Part shown: positions 27,736 to 37,762 of the stretch, piece after piece | How the letters are laid out: each line of letters starts with the position of its first letter | Position numbering within the stretch: the first letter of the stretch is position 1 | Source: an uncultured delta proteobacterium | GTDB lineage: Bacteria; Myxococcota_A; Polyangia; Polyangiales; Houyiibacteriaceae | Reading direction: 5' to 3' | Assembly (NCBI GenBank): GCA_963699755.1 | Contig: CAVOVB010000003.1 | Location: forward strand, 96,001-160,000 | Length of the DNA stretch: 64,000 nucleotides | Program-made: the position numbers and the translations under genes | The notes under the pieces: model-generated | Told to the model about the DNA's origin: nothing | Database searches by the model: none | The model's input: only the letters and a program-made list of their open reading frames with translations

Positions 27736-28836
27736 CTATTGGCAACAGACCGTAGTGGCCCCTAGTCCCGTGACTCCGCCGCTCAGTTCAACTGCCGTAG
27801 GCGAACAGCTGCCGTCGTCCAGCTTCTCAATGCTCTCCGCCAACCACGAATCTAGGTCTGTCTTGTCTGTCAGACAGTATTCGCCCGACGATAGGCGCGT
27901 TGGGTTTGTATGCTCCCAGGTGAGAAGGCAACCCGGATTCTTGAACTTCCGGATTGTTAGCTCACAGCGACCCCCGGAAGGCTGGCAGACACATGACTCT
28001 GCGCATTCTCGTGTGTCGGAAAAGCCCACGTAATAGATCGTCTTGTTCGGGAAGCCGGTTGGACAGGTTTGATCTCCAGCTTGTCGGTAGCAGAGCCCAT
28101 CGAGCAGCCCGGGCTCCGGTATAGGCACACAGGTCTGCCCCGGATCGCATGCACCAGTCCCGCGTGTGAAGCCGTAGCAGAGGGAGATGCTCTCGGACCA
28201 TGTCGGCACGGGGATGCTCGACGTAACCGTGCCTTCGCCGCACGACGTGGCTGGTCCCCCAAATCGTACGACGCTACCGAAGCCGAGTGGTTTCGAGGTG
28301 CCGTAACACTCGTCGAGATCGCCTCTGCCCCCTGCTATGTCCGGGCCAGAGCAATCGAAGTTGCTCCGGTCACTCCTAATGATGCTCGTAGGGCAAACCG
28401 TGGTCGCCGAGCCGCAGCCGCAACCGCAGGACGGGCTGCCGGCTTGAATCCCGGCGAACAGCGACGCAGCCTCGTCCGGGAATGCTCCTTCGCAGCCTGT
28501 TGCGCGGTCGGCCAGCGCAAAGGGGCCCTCCCAGCCCGACCCAGGGTTTCCTACGCAAGCGTTCGCACCGCCGCAGCGTTCGGCGATTGTCCCGCCGACA
28601 CCACCAGTGCCTCCAGCAGCAGCTTCGCCACCGGCACCGCCAGTCCCTGGAGCGCCGGCTTCACCACCGGCACCGCCGGTCCCTGCAGCGCCGGCTTTAC
28701 CACCGGCACCGCCAATGCCTCCAGCACCGCCTGCGCCTCCGAACCCAGGCTCCGCCGTCATCGACACATCGGCGCAACCCGCAAGCTGGGAACTGGGAAG
28801 AGTCAGGCAAACGCAAAAGATCCATGTCTTGTTCAT
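27736..28836 (-). CDS. Cys-rich lipoprotein with long Gly/Ala tether; mature N-terminus C-ADV
   Basis: LAG-C-ADVSMTAEPGFGGAGG; many Cys; ends TVCCQ; GAGG RBS. Confidence 0.78.
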   Translation of the reverse strand: MNKTWIFCVCLTLPSSQLAGCADVSMTAEPGFGGAGGAGGIGGAGGKAGAAGTGGAGGEAGAPGTGGAGGEAAAGGTGGVGGTIAERCGGANACVGNPGSGWEGPFALADRATGCEGAFPDEAASLFAGIQAGSPSCGCGCGSATTVCPTSIIRSDRSNFDCSGPDIAGGRGDLDECYGTSKPLGFGSVVRFGGPATSCGEGTVTSSIPVPTWSESISLCYGFTRGTGACDPGQTCVPIPEPGLLDGLCYRQAGDQTCPTGFPNKTIYYVGFSDTRECAESCVCQPSGGRCELTIRKFKNPGCLLTWEHTNPTRLSSGEYCLTDKTDLDSWLAESIEKLDDGSCSPTAVELSGGVTGLGATTVCCQ

Positions 28837-28900
28837 CGCAACCTCGGGACCCTCGTACAACGGGGGTTTCGACTCGGTTCGTCAAGGGCATTAGCCCAGC

Positions 28901-29620
28901 TCATCGACACTCCTGCGTTCTCTCTTGGGTTGTCCGCCTGTCACAAAGGGACAAGTCTGAGAAGCATATGTAGTACTCAGCCGTAGCACCGCAGATCGGC
29001 GCCGAAGTCGTGTTCCAACCGGATCCCGTGCACAAACCGCCACCGTCGATTTCTGGTGGCCGACAGTTTCCATCTCCGATTCGGGTGTATTTGAGCTCAA
29101 CCTCAGTGTCGCAGTTGAAGTCCCAAGTCCGATCGGACGCTTCGGCAGGTTGAAACGACTCGCCCGGATTCCGCTCTGCCAGAGCATCATTGCAATCCCC
29201 CCCTTTATGAGGGCTCGTTGCGCTGCAGTTGAATGGTGAGTAGCCGTCCTCGTCGGCATCAATGAGCGTGTTCGAGCAGCCGTCTTTGGAGTCGCAGTTA
29301 TCGAACGTGCATGGATCCCCATCGTCACAACCGGCCTCACAAAGGTTGCCACCAAGTCCGCCGGTCCCCGCAGCTCCACCACTGCCCGCAGCTCCGCCAC
29401 TGCCAGCCGCTCCACCGCTACCGGCCGCTCCACCGCTACCGGCCGCTCCGCCACTACCGGCCGCTCCGCCACTACCGGCCGCCCCTTGCCTGCCAGCGAC
29501 GCCTCCGCCACCGCCTGAGCCTCCGGTCCCGGGCTTCATGGTTGCCACCACATCGGAGCAGCTCGCCACCAACGCCAAGCACAGAGCAACGGACGCCCAG
29601 AAGAGCCAAGTCTTCTTCAC
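28901..29620 (-). CDS. Cys-rich lipoprotein with (GGAAGS)n tether and MopE-like DxDxDG..DCND motif; mature N-terminus C-SDV
   Basis: VAS-C-SDVVATMKPGTGG; CDDGDPCTFDNC; DADEDGY..DCNDALAERNPG; GGAGG RBS before GTG 29620. Confidence 0.78.
   Translation of the reverse strand: MKKTWLFWASVALCLALVASCSDVVATMKPGTGGSGGGGGVAGRQGAAGSGGAAGSGGAAGSGGAAGSGGAAGSGGAAGSGGAAGTGGLGGNLCEAGCDDGDPCTFDNCDSKDGCSNTLIDADEDGYSPFNCSATSPHKGGDCNDALAERNPGESFQPAEASDRTWDFNCDTEVELKYTRIGDGNCRPPEIDGGGLCTGSGWNTTSAPICGATAEYYICFSDLSLCDRRTTQERTQECR
29367..29485 (-). repeat. Coding 18-bp tandem repeat (about 6 copies, GGAAGS)
   Basis: CCGGCCGCTCC(G/A)CC(A/G)CTA units with synonymous variation; boundaries approximate. Confidence 0.8.
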
Positions 29621-29785
29621 CACGACCTCCACCATCGCGTCAATAGACACTCAATTTTGCCTGTTTCGTCAAGGGTTACTTTCCCCGGGTCAACGAACAG
29701 GTATGTATGCACCGGCCGGAATAGGTGAGGAAACAGACCGGGTGCATGGGTGACGGCTGCTGGCGTTACTGCGAAAAGCGCGGGC

Positions 29786-30079
29786 ATGCCGTGGGAGAAC
29801 ACCCGCCCCGTGGACCAAAGACTCAAGCTCATCGAAGCGCGCCTGAGCGGCGAGCACACCATGGTCATGCGGTGCCGCATGTTCGGGATCAGCACGAAAA
29901 CCGGATATGAGTGGTGGCATCGGTTCGAGCAGCAAGGTATCCCGGGCGTACTCGACCGAAGTCGAGCGAGCCACAGTCATCCCAGTCCCACAGTCGAAGA
30001 CATGGTCATGCTGGTCATCGGCGCCTGTCGCCACCACCCCACGTGGGAGCCTCGCAAGCTCCGGGCATCGCTACGCTGA
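29786..30079 (+). mobile_element. IS481-family transposase N-terminal remnant
   Basis: MPWENTRPVDQRLKLI..CRMFGISTKTGYEWWHRF..G..DRSRA..HP..HPTW.PRKL; no DDE domain. Confidence 0.8.
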
Positions 30080-30426
30080 CAGTCGAAGCGAGTCTCGTGG
30101 GAGGATCGTGCTCTGGGAACAACTGGACCAGCAACAGCAAGAACAACGCCGTCCCGGATAGCACTTGCCGCGCGTACCCAGCGGACGTCGTGCAGGGCAA
30201 CAATCCAGCAATCACTGACAGTCCGGTTGCGCTGGACGGGGCGTTGTGTGAGTACGGCGGTTCGACGTTGACGATCAGACCCACGAATCAGGCGATCGAC
30301 CTTGCTCCGGAATCTTTTGCACCTTGCAAGACGACCAACACGGATCAGCGAGGCCTCGGATTCTCGCGCCTGGTCGATAAGCCCTCAGCAAGTGAGTGCA
30401 ACGCCGGGTCCGTCGAGCACGAGTAA
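30080..30426 (+). pseudogene. 3' fragment of a Cys-containing extracellular-type protein fused behind the IS remnant
   Basis: Open frame with Ser/Thr/Asn/Cys-rich sequence and no start of its own. Confidence 0.4.
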
Positions 30427-30582
30427 GAGCCAGCGACGAGGCCGCGCCGACTTTTGACGCGCTCGTTCGCCTTGAATTCACCAGGCAGGGTCATTGATTG
30501 GCTACGCGCCCAGTGAAATGCGTTGTTGACCAACGACTGACCATTGCAAAGCATCGCGCGAATCTCTACCATCGCCCCCTAA

Positions 30583-31131
30583 ATGGTGATTCCCAGAATT
30601 GTCTTCTGTTTGGCGGCGGTTTGTGTGCTCGCGGCCTGCAACAAGTCCACTGTCTGCACGGTGCCTGAGCCTGCCAATCTATGGGTGCGTGGGTCGGCTG
30701 ACTTGAACCCCGACGCTTCGGGTGATCCCCTGCCGACCCTGGTCCGGGTGTATCAGCTGAGCAATCTCGGCGAGCTCGAGCAGGCTTCGTTCGAGCAGAT
30801 GATGCGGAAGCCGGAGGAAGTGCTTGGCGAGACGCTTCTCGCGACCGAAGAGGTAACCGTCTATCCGGGCCGGTCGACGTTTCGCTCATTCGAGCGTGAC
30901 CCAGGCGCCAACTATGTGATCGGGGTCGCGGTCGTGCGGCAGCCTGGCGGAACGCAATGGCGCGCGGTCTTGCCGATGCCGACCTGTGGCAAGAAGGCAG
31001 GCGCGCGGCCGATGGTGCGCTTCGTCGTCGATGGCTATGCCATTGAAGGCGCGATCGATCGCGAGAGCAGTCCCGAGGGTTGCAAGGACGAAGACATCGA
31101 GTGTCTGCGCGAGCGGGCGGGCGATGAATAA
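30583..31131 (+). CDS. tssJ: T6SS outer-membrane lipoprotein TssJ
   Basis: LAA-C; LNPDASGDPLPTLVRVYQL; first gene of tssJKLM. Confidence 0.93.
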   Translation: MVIPRIVFCLAAVCVLAACNKSTVCTVPEPANLWVRGSADLNPDASGDPLPTLVRVYQLSNLGELEQASFEQMMRKPEEVLGETLLATEEVTVYPGRSTFRSFERDPGANYVIGVAVVRQPGGTQWRAVLPMPTCGKKAGARPMVRFVVDGYAIEGAIDRESSPEGCKDEDIECLRERAGDE

Positions 31132-31165
31132 ACGTGCACGGCGTGATGGCTAGGCAGGGCAAGCA

Positions 31166-32518
31166 ATGAAACCGCCGTCGAGAGTGATTTGGAGTGAAGG
31201 GCTGCTGATGACGCCTCAGCACATGCAGCAGCTCGACCGCTTTCACGAGGAGCGTCTGAACGCGCGGCTCGATGCGATCGATCACGAGAGCTGGGGCGTA
31301 CTGGCTTGCGAGCTCGACATGCCGGCGCTCGATTCGGGCATGGTCGCGATTCGGGAGTTCGACGGGGTGCTTCCCGACGGAACCCCCATCGCCTTCGATG
31401 CGACCAGTCGCGAGGCCCCGCCATCGCGCCCTGTCGAGGAACACTTGGCTGCCCATCAAGCGGTCCTCGAGGTCTACATCGGCCTCGCCCGCACACACGA
31501 AGCCCGCAACAACCTGGGCGCCTCCAAGGGGAGCCTCACTCGGTACTTCCCCGTGACCGACCTGATGCACGACCGCTACGGGGAAGCGCAGCCTCAGGAG
31601 GTCGACGTCGCCTGCTCGAACCTTCGAATCCTCTTCGGCGATGAGCCCCGCGAGGACTACAGCACCATCAAAGTCGCTGAAATCCGACGCGCTGCGGACG
31701 GTCGGCTGGTCTTGGCCGACGACTACATCGTCCCCTGCCTCCGGGCGTCCGCCTCGCCCGTGCTCGCGCGCTTGCTCGACGGTTTGCTCACCTCGATGAA
31801 CGCGCGGAGGACGGCGCTGCTCCAAACAGTACGTCAGCGTGATGATTCCACGGTCGAGTTCAACGCGACTGACGTGACCCGCTACTTGCTCCTCGCCACG
31901 ATCAACAGCTACCTCCCGGTCTTGCGGCACGCCGTGGTGGCGGGCGATCTTTCGGCCAAGTCCGTCTACCTGCTACTCTGTGAATTGGCCGGCCAGCTTT
32001 CGACATTCTCGACGCAGTTCGACCCGAACGATGTCCCGAAGTTCGTGTACGAGGATCTACGCTCCACCTACGGCACGATTTTCAATGCGCTCGACGGACT
32101 GCTCAAGGCGACTTTGGCTAAGCGCTACGTCGAGGTTTCCCTAGCGTCGCGGGGCGACGCGATGCACATCGGCGAGATTCAGGACGAGCGGTTCCTTCAG
32201 TGCAGCCAGTTCGTCTTGGGCGTTCAGTCGTCGGTCGCCGAGAGCCAGGTCTCCTCGGTGCTGCCGAGGGTCGCCAAGCTGGCCAGCGTCTCCGACATCA
32301 ACTCCTTGCTCGCCGCAGCCACGTCGGGTGTCGAGCTTCATGCAACCAACAAGGCTCCTCCTCAGATCCCCACGAAGGCAGGCATGACCTACTTTTTGGT
32401 GGTCGCCGACAAGTTGTACTGGAGAAACATCCTGCTCGAGCGGCGGCTCGCGATGTACCTCCCAAGCCCGTTCACGCCGACCGACACCCAGGTGCGGATC
32501 TACGGAATTCTGAGCTAG
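31166..32518 (+). CDS. tssK: T6SS baseplate TssK
   Basis: RVIWSEGLLMTPQHMQQLDR, GVLPDGT and APPQIP. Confidence 0.96.
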   Translation: MKPPSRVIWSEGLLMTPQHMQQLDRFHEERLNARLDAIDHESWGVLACELDMPALDSGMVAIREFDGVLPDGTPIAFDATSREAPPSRPVEEHLAAHQAVLEVYIGLARTHEARNNLGASKGSLTRYFPVTDLMHDRYGEAQPQEVDVACSNLRILFGDEPREDYSTIKVAEIRRAADGRLVLADDYIVPCLRASASPVLARLLDGLLTSMNARRTALLQTVRQRDDSTVEFNATDVTRYLLLATINSYLPVLRHAVVAGDLSAKSVYLLLCELAGQLSTFSTQFDPNDVPKFVYEDLRSTYGTIFNALDGLLKATLAKRYVEVSLASRGDAMHIGEIQDERFLQCSQFVLGVQSSVAESQVSSVLPRVAKLASVSDINSLLAAATSGVELHATNKAPPQIPTKAGMTYFLVVADKLYWRNILLERRLAMYLPSPFTPTDTQVRIYGILS

Positions 32519-32530
32519 CAGGCGAACGCC

Positions 32531-33211
32531 ATGGACCGCGTCAACGAAGTCACCAGAGACGTTCTTTCCACCGTAGGGCAGCTGCGCTCGGTCGAGGAAA
32601 TGGCGCTCGGGGATCCAAGTGCCCTCCAGGGTCAACTCCGTTCGTTGATCACAGACGCCATGCGCCAGGCCGCGACCCTCGGGTTCGCGCAGCACGACGT
32701 CCAGGACATCGGGTACGCGCTGACGGCCCTGGTCGATGAAGTCATCATGCTCAAGGGCGGGCACCTCCGAGACTACTGGGCCGCCCACATGCTTCAGCTC
32801 GAGCTCTTCAACGAGGCCACCGCTGGGCAGGGGTTGTTCGACCGAGTCCAGGTCTTGCTGACGGACCCAAGCCGGATTGAAGTGCTTCAAATCTACTACC
32901 TCGTCCTGCTCTTCGGCTTTCAAGGGAAGTACCGAGTGCGCGGCGGCGAGATCGAGCTTGCCGATGTGACCGACCGCGTGCGCGACTCGATTCGCCGGAC
33001 CGGCACCCGAAAAGAGACCCTGCTTTCGCCCCACGGAGACAGGCCCGACTCACGAGCCGAGGGGATCAAGTCGAATCGCTCGCTCATCTGGGCAGCGCTC
33101 GGCGTGCTCGGGCTCGCCTTCCTCATCTACGTGGGGATGGCCTGGTCGTTGTCCTCGAAGGTCGACAGCGTGAGCGATGACTTCCAGGCGTTGAGCGCCG
33201 AGGTGGATTAG
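32531..33211 (+). CDS. tssL: T6SS TssL/DotU (short, no OmpA domain)
   Basis: YALTALVDE, W..LQLELF..AG, YYLVLLFGFQGKY and C-terminal TM. Confidence 0.95.
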   Translation: MDRVNEVTRDVLSTVGQLRSVEEMALGDPSALQGQLRSLITDAMRQAATLGFAQHDVQDIGYALTALVDEVIMLKGGHLRDYWAAHMLQLELFNEATAGQGLFDRVQVLLTDPSRIEVLQIYYLVLLFGFQGKYRVRGGEIELADVTDRVRDSIRRTGTRKETLLSPHGDRPDSRAEGIKSNRSLIWAALGVLGLAFLIYVGMAWSLSSKVDSVSDDFQALSAEVD

Positions 33212-33220
33212 GAGCGCACC

Positions 33221-36200
33221 GTGCTGAAGTATCTCATCGCCGCCATCGTGATCGTTGCCAGCTGGCTGGCCTGGTGGCTCGTCGAAGGGCTTCCGTTCTG
33301 GCTGCCGATCGCGCTCACGGTCGTGGCGGTGCTCGCCGTGATCGGGGTCATCGTCTATGCGCGAATCCAGTCGGCGAAGGCAGCGCGCGAGCTCGAAAAT
33401 GCGCTTGCGATGCAGGCCTCGCAGCAAATGCAGAGCGCGAGGCCGGATCTTCAGCCCGAGCTCGACGAGGTCCGAGCGGAGTTCAACAAAGCGATCAACG
33501 CGCTCAAAAGCTCGAAGCTCGGCCGAGGCCGCCGAGACGCGCTCTATATCTTGCCCTGGTACCTGATCATCGGCCCGCCAGGGTCGGGCAAGACGACGGC
33601 ACTTCGCAACTCGGGCCTCGAGTTTCCTCAACTTGCAGGCGGCAATCGCGGAGTTCGCGGCATCGGCGGGACGCGCAACTGCGATTGGTGGCTGACCAAC
33701 GAGGCGGTGCTCCTAGACACGGCAGGTCGATGGTCGACGCAGGAAGAGGACCACGACGAGTGGCTCGGTTTCCTCGGGATGCTGCGGAAGTACCGGAAGC
33801 GAAAGCCTCTGAACGGAATCATCGTCACGCTGAGCGTCGTGGAGCTGGCCGAGGCGTCCAGCGAGCAGCTCTCCGAGATCGCCAAGCGGATGCGCGAGCG
33901 TGTCGACGAGGCGATGGCCGAGCTGAAAATGGCGCTTCCGGTCTACGTGCTCTTCACCAAGTGCGATTTGATGTCGGGGTTCGTCGAAACCTTTGGGAGC
34001 CTGTCCAAAGACGAACGCAGCGTCGTCTGGGGCTTCACCGTGCCTCTGAGAGAGGACGGGAACCCGGGCGCCATGTTCGAGGAGCATTTCGAGGAATTGC
34101 TTCGCGCCTTGCAAGGCTTCTGCGTCGGCAGGCTCGATGAGGAGCGCCAGCTCGAGAAGCGGCACAAGGTGTTTGGCCTTCCCCAGCAACTCGGGGAGCT
34201 GAACCGCTGCTTCACCGATTTCATCAAGCAGCTCTTTGCCGAAAACGTGTTCAGCGACACGCCGATGATGCGGGGCGTCTATTTCGCAAGTGGGACCCAA
34301 GAGGGGCGCCCATTTGATCTGATTCTGCAGCGGCTCGCGAGCGCCTACAACTTGCATGGGATCGCCGAGCAAGAGCACCATGTCGAGCCCAAGGGCTATT
34401 TCCTGCGCGATCTGTTCCGCAAGGTCATTTTCCCCGATCGCAATCTCGCGCTCCGTAGCGAGGCAGAGCGCAAGCGCCAGCGCAACATCTACTACGCTGC
34501 AGTGGGTTCCGTGTTCATGCTCGCGGGGCTTCTTTTGACGTTGCCCGCCATCTCCTGCGTCGGGAACCGCCGGATGATCAATCGCGTCGCCGAAGAAGGC
34601 GAAACCCTTGCGGGCGAGGTCCAGAAGGCCAAGCGAGCCATGCTCTCGCCGAAGGCATACATACCTTTGGTGCAGGAGCTCGCGACTTTGCGAGAGTACG
34701 ACCAAGACGGCGCGCCGGTGAAGATGCGCTCCGGTCTCTATCAGGGTGACGACGTGCTCGCGTCGGCAGCGGAGCTTTTCGGCAACGTGTTTCAAAGCAA
34801 TGTGGTCCGTCCTCTGTATGAAGAGGAGACGGCCCGCATGGCGGACTTCGGACGTGTTTACGATGCGGATCCGAACGCGATTCCAACCGGGGGCGAATAC
34901 GTCGACAATCTCGATCGGCTCCGGCTGCACTTGTTGCTCACATCTCCCAAGGAAGATGACGAACCCCCACTGAGCGAAGAGGATCTCGCGAACTCGCTGG
35001 CCGATGCGATTGCCGAGCGCTGGGCGGTCGCCAAGGAGCTGCCCAGGATGGGCAACGACGAGGATGAAGAAGGCGATTCAGAGGCGAAGCAAGCAGCCCT
35101 TGCGTATGTGACAATTCTGTCGGAAAGCGACACGCTCGGGTTCCGGCGCGAGACCGGCGTCGTCGAGCGAGCCCGCAGCGGCTTGTCCCGCGTCTCCGGG
35201 GTCGACTTGGTCATCGATGGCCTCGTCCGCCGCTACCAGAGTGCGGGCCCTGAGATCACCGTCCGGCGGATCGTGGGCAGCGGTGTTCCCGCGCTCCGAG
35301 GCCGACGCGCCGTCCGTCCGGCATTCACGAAGCGAGTTTGGGAGGAGCATCTGCGCGACCTGTTTTCGGGTGAAGCCGAGGGCTTGGTCGGGGACATGTG
35401 GGTGCTTGGCGAGTACGCCACCCGAACCGCAACCGACGCGGACGTCGATGTGGAGACCTATCTCAAGCAACTGCGGTCCCGCTACTTCGAGCGATACATC
35501 GACGAATGGCGCGAGTTCATTCGAGGCCTCGAAGTGGATCCACCAATTGAGACCACCGCGGCCCTCGGGGCCTTGCAGGACTTGACCCGGGGGCGCCCCA
35601 CCGCCTACGGGCGACTGTTCATCGAGATCAATCGAAACGTCGATCTCCGCGAGAAGAAGGCTGCCCTCGTCGAAAAGGTGGAGGGGGCGATCGAGAAGAC
35701 TGCGAAAAGCGCCGGTCTCCGGCGCCCGGCGGATTCGGAGGACCTCCGCGAGGAGGATGTCTACGGCGCGTTTCGTGATTTCGTTCGATTCGGCGTGCCC
35801 GAGACGCCCGAGGAAGAAGGCGCAGCCCCGCAGCCAACCGCCCTCGACATCTACGACGAGCAGCTGCTCTTCCTTCGCAATGCCCTTCAGGCAAAAATCG
35901 ACGACCCATCGAGCTCCAGCCTTTCGCAGGACTTGACTGTCGCTCGAGCGGAAACCACCGGCTTGATCAACGAGCAAGACGTCGGCTGGCGCCCCGCATT
36001 CGAGGCACTTCTCTGGCCCCCGATCGAGGGCGCCTCGATGAGTTACAGCCACGCGGTTGCATCGGTCGCGGGGCGAGCCTGGTGCAATGCGGTTTCTGCA
36101 CCCTACCGGCAAACGCTTCACGGTCGCTACCCGCTTCGCGAAGGAGCGGAAGACGTGCCCATCGCGGACTTCGCCGCGTTCTACCGCCCCAACGACGGGA

Positions 36201-36823
36201 TTCTCTGGAAGTTCTACGGGGACTATCTCAAGGGCCGCATTCCGCGGCGCGGCGATTCATTCGAGTTCACCACGACACTCGGAATGCCGGCGAGCCAAGT
36301 GCATACGCAATCCTTGCGCCGGTATCTCGACCGAGGGTGGAAAATCACCCAGTCGCTCTTTCCCTCGGGGAGCGCCGACCCTCGCGTCGACTTCGACGTC
36401 CGTATTCGGCCAGCACCGAGGGTCGCCGAGCAGGTGTTGGCGATCGGTGGACGTACGATCCGTTACTACAATGGTCCCGAAGAATGGACCCGGATGTCTT
36501 GGCCGGGCGATTCGCCGGGCGAAGGCGCTTCCATCCAGATTCGAGGCGCTGGCGGAATGCGTGAGACGATCACACGCGAAGACGGCTGGGGCTTGTTTCG
36601 TTTGATTGAAGAAGGGAGCGCGAAGCGGATCGACAGCCGCACCTTCACGGTCATCTGGAGGCTTCGAAGTCACGACGTGGATGTCCAGATCGACTTCCGC
36701 ATGGCGCGCCGCAATTCGCCCTTTTTCGCGACAGATGGCCGGAAGGTCTTGGACATCTTTCGGGGCCAGGATGTCGAAGCGCCGCGGGAAATCGTAACCG
36801 GCCGAAACCTTTGCGGCGGGTGA
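33221..36823 (+). CDS. tssM: T6SS membrane complex TssM/IcmF
   Basis: LPWYLIIGPPGSGKTT, CDWW, LLDTAGR, PVYVLFTKCDL and RGVYFASGTQEG. Confidence 0.97.
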   Translation: MLKYLIAAIVIVASWLAWWLVEGLPFWLPIALTVVAVLAVIGVIVYARIQSAKAARELENALAMQASQQMQSARPDLQPELDEVRAEFNKAINALKSSKLGRGRRDALYILPWYLIIGPPGSGKTTALRNSGLEFPQLAGGNRGVRGIGGTRNCDWWLTNEAVLLDTAGRWSTQEEDHDEWLGFLGMLRKYRKRKPLNGIIVTLSVVELAEASSEQLSEIAKRMRERVDEAMAELKMALPVYVLFTKCDLMSGFVETFGSLSKDERSVVWGFTVPLREDGNPGAMFEEHFEELLRALQGFCVGRLDEERQLEKRHKVFGLPQQLGELNRCFTDFIKQLFAENVFSDTPMMRGVYFASGTQEGRPFDLILQRLASAYNLHGIAEQEHHVEPKGYFLRDLFRKVIFPDRNLALRSEAERKRQRNIYYAAVGSVFMLAGLLLTLPAISCVGNRRMINRVAEEGETLAGEVQKAKRAMLSPKAYIPLVQELATLREYDQDGAPVKMRSGLYQGDDVLASAAELFGNVFQSNVVRPLYEEETARMADFGRVYDADPNAIPTGGEYVDNLDRLRLHLLLTSPKEDDEPPLSEEDLANSLADAIAERWAVAKELPRMGNDEDEEGDSEAKQAALAYVTILSESDTLGFRRETGVVERARSGLSRVSGVDLVIDGLVRRYQSAGPEITVRRIVGSGVPALRGRRAVRPAFTKRVWEEHLRDLFSGEAEGLVGDMWVLGEYATRTATDADVDVETYLKQLRSRYFERYIDEWREFIRGLEVDPPIETTAALGALQDLTRGRPTAYGRLFIEINRNVDLREKKAALVEKVEGAIEKTAKSAGLRRPADSEDLREEDVYGAFRDFVRFGVPETPEEEGAAPQPTALDIYDEQLLFLRNALQAKIDDPSSSSLSQDLTVARAETTGLINEQDVGWRPAFEALLWPPIEGASMSYSHAVASVAGRAWCNAVSAPYRQTLHGRYPLREGAEDVPIADFAAFYRPNDGILWKFYGDYLKGRIPRRGDSFEFTTTLGMPASQVHTQSLRRYLDRGWKITQSLFPSGSADPRVDFDVRIRPAPRVAEQVLAIGGRTIRYYNGPEEWTRMSWPGDSPGEGASIQIRGAGGMRETITREDGWGLFRLIEEGSAKRIDSRTFTVIWRLRSHDVDVQIDFRMARRNSPFFATDGRKVLDIFRGQDVEAPREIVTGRNLCGG

Positions 36824-36829
36824 GGGGTC

Positions 36830-37729
36830 ATGAGCTCGATTGCCTTTTTCGGAAAGATGCCAAAGGCCGCAGACTTCGTTCGGCGAGGCGTCTCGACACC
36901 GGCAATGCGCGACTTCGAGAACTGGTTTCACAGCGCCTACACCGAGCTTCGGGGAGCGGGAGCGCCAGGCTTAATGCATCAGTGCCATTTGATTCTTCCC
37001 ATCCGGAACGACGTTAACGGTGTGATGGCCGTGCTCGCCGTGCCGAGCCGCGATCGAATCGGGCGTGAGTTTCCGGTCGTCGTAGCCGCCTTCGTTGCGC
37101 GTGAACGACTGCCTCGACGCTTCGCCCCCCTCATCCTGGCTTTCACGCGCTTCTGGGACGCCACGCGGGCAGCGATCGATGACCATCAAGAAGGAGAACC
37201 AGAAGCTCTTTGGCAGGCGATCCAGTCTCTGTCGCCACCGAGCGCGGCCGAGCTTTCCGAGGCGGAGACGCGCTGCGCCGAGCTCCTGCAAAACCTCGGT
37301 GCACGACAAATGGAGCAGGAATGCTTCTCGGAGCCCAACGACCGCTTCTACGCGTATCACACGCTTCGCCTTGCGATTCGGGATGCCTCCGACAGCCGGG
37401 TCTTGATGTGCCCAGCCGCAGGTCATCCAGGCTATCGCGCCTTCTGGGTCGAGACCGTGGAGCGCGGAACGGCGCACAAAGTCCCGCTGCCCACCATGTG
37501 GCTCGAAGGCGCCAGCGCCCCACGGGGCACCCTGGTGGCGCTGGGGAAGGCGCCGAGCGCCATGCTTCGCTATGTCACCGGTCACGGGCACCAATCGAAT
37601 TCGCTCTGGCCCCTCACAACGCAGAATACCGGCGCCCAGGAACGCTCCAAGATCGCTCTTGCTGGCGAGGACTGGGAGGACACGGACCAGAACTTAAGTA
37701 GACTGATCGATGTAGTCCTGGGTACTTAG
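36830..37729 (+). CDS. tagF: T6SS regulator TagF
   Basis: FFGKMPKAADF and PSRDRIGREFP; follows tssM. Confidence 0.88.
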   Translation: MSSIAFFGKMPKAADFVRRGVSTPAMRDFENWFHSAYTELRGAGAPGLMHQCHLILPIRNDVNGVMAVLAVPSRDRIGREFPVVVAAFVARERLPRRFAPLILAFTRFWDATRAAIDDHQEGEPEALWQAIQSLSPPSAAELSEAETRCAELLQNLGARQMEQECFSEPNDRFYAYHTLRLAIRDASDSRVLMCPAAGHPGYRAFWVETVERGTAHKVPLPTMWLEGASAPRGTLVALGKAPSAMLRYVTGHGHQSNSLWPLTTQNTGAQERSKIALAGEDWEDTDQNLSRLIDVVLGT

Positions 37730-37762
37730 AGCTCAGGTCTCCTCTTCCTAGCGTGACGCAAG

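Noticed and set aside
28600..29520. Gly/Ala tandem repeats as phase-variation or mobile repeats
   Set aside because: They are in-frame with synonymous variation and are explained as protein linkers
30483..30498. sigma-54 promoter for tssJ (AGGCAGGGTCATTGAT)
   Set aside because: The -12 element is GA rather than GC, and no palindrome lies nearby
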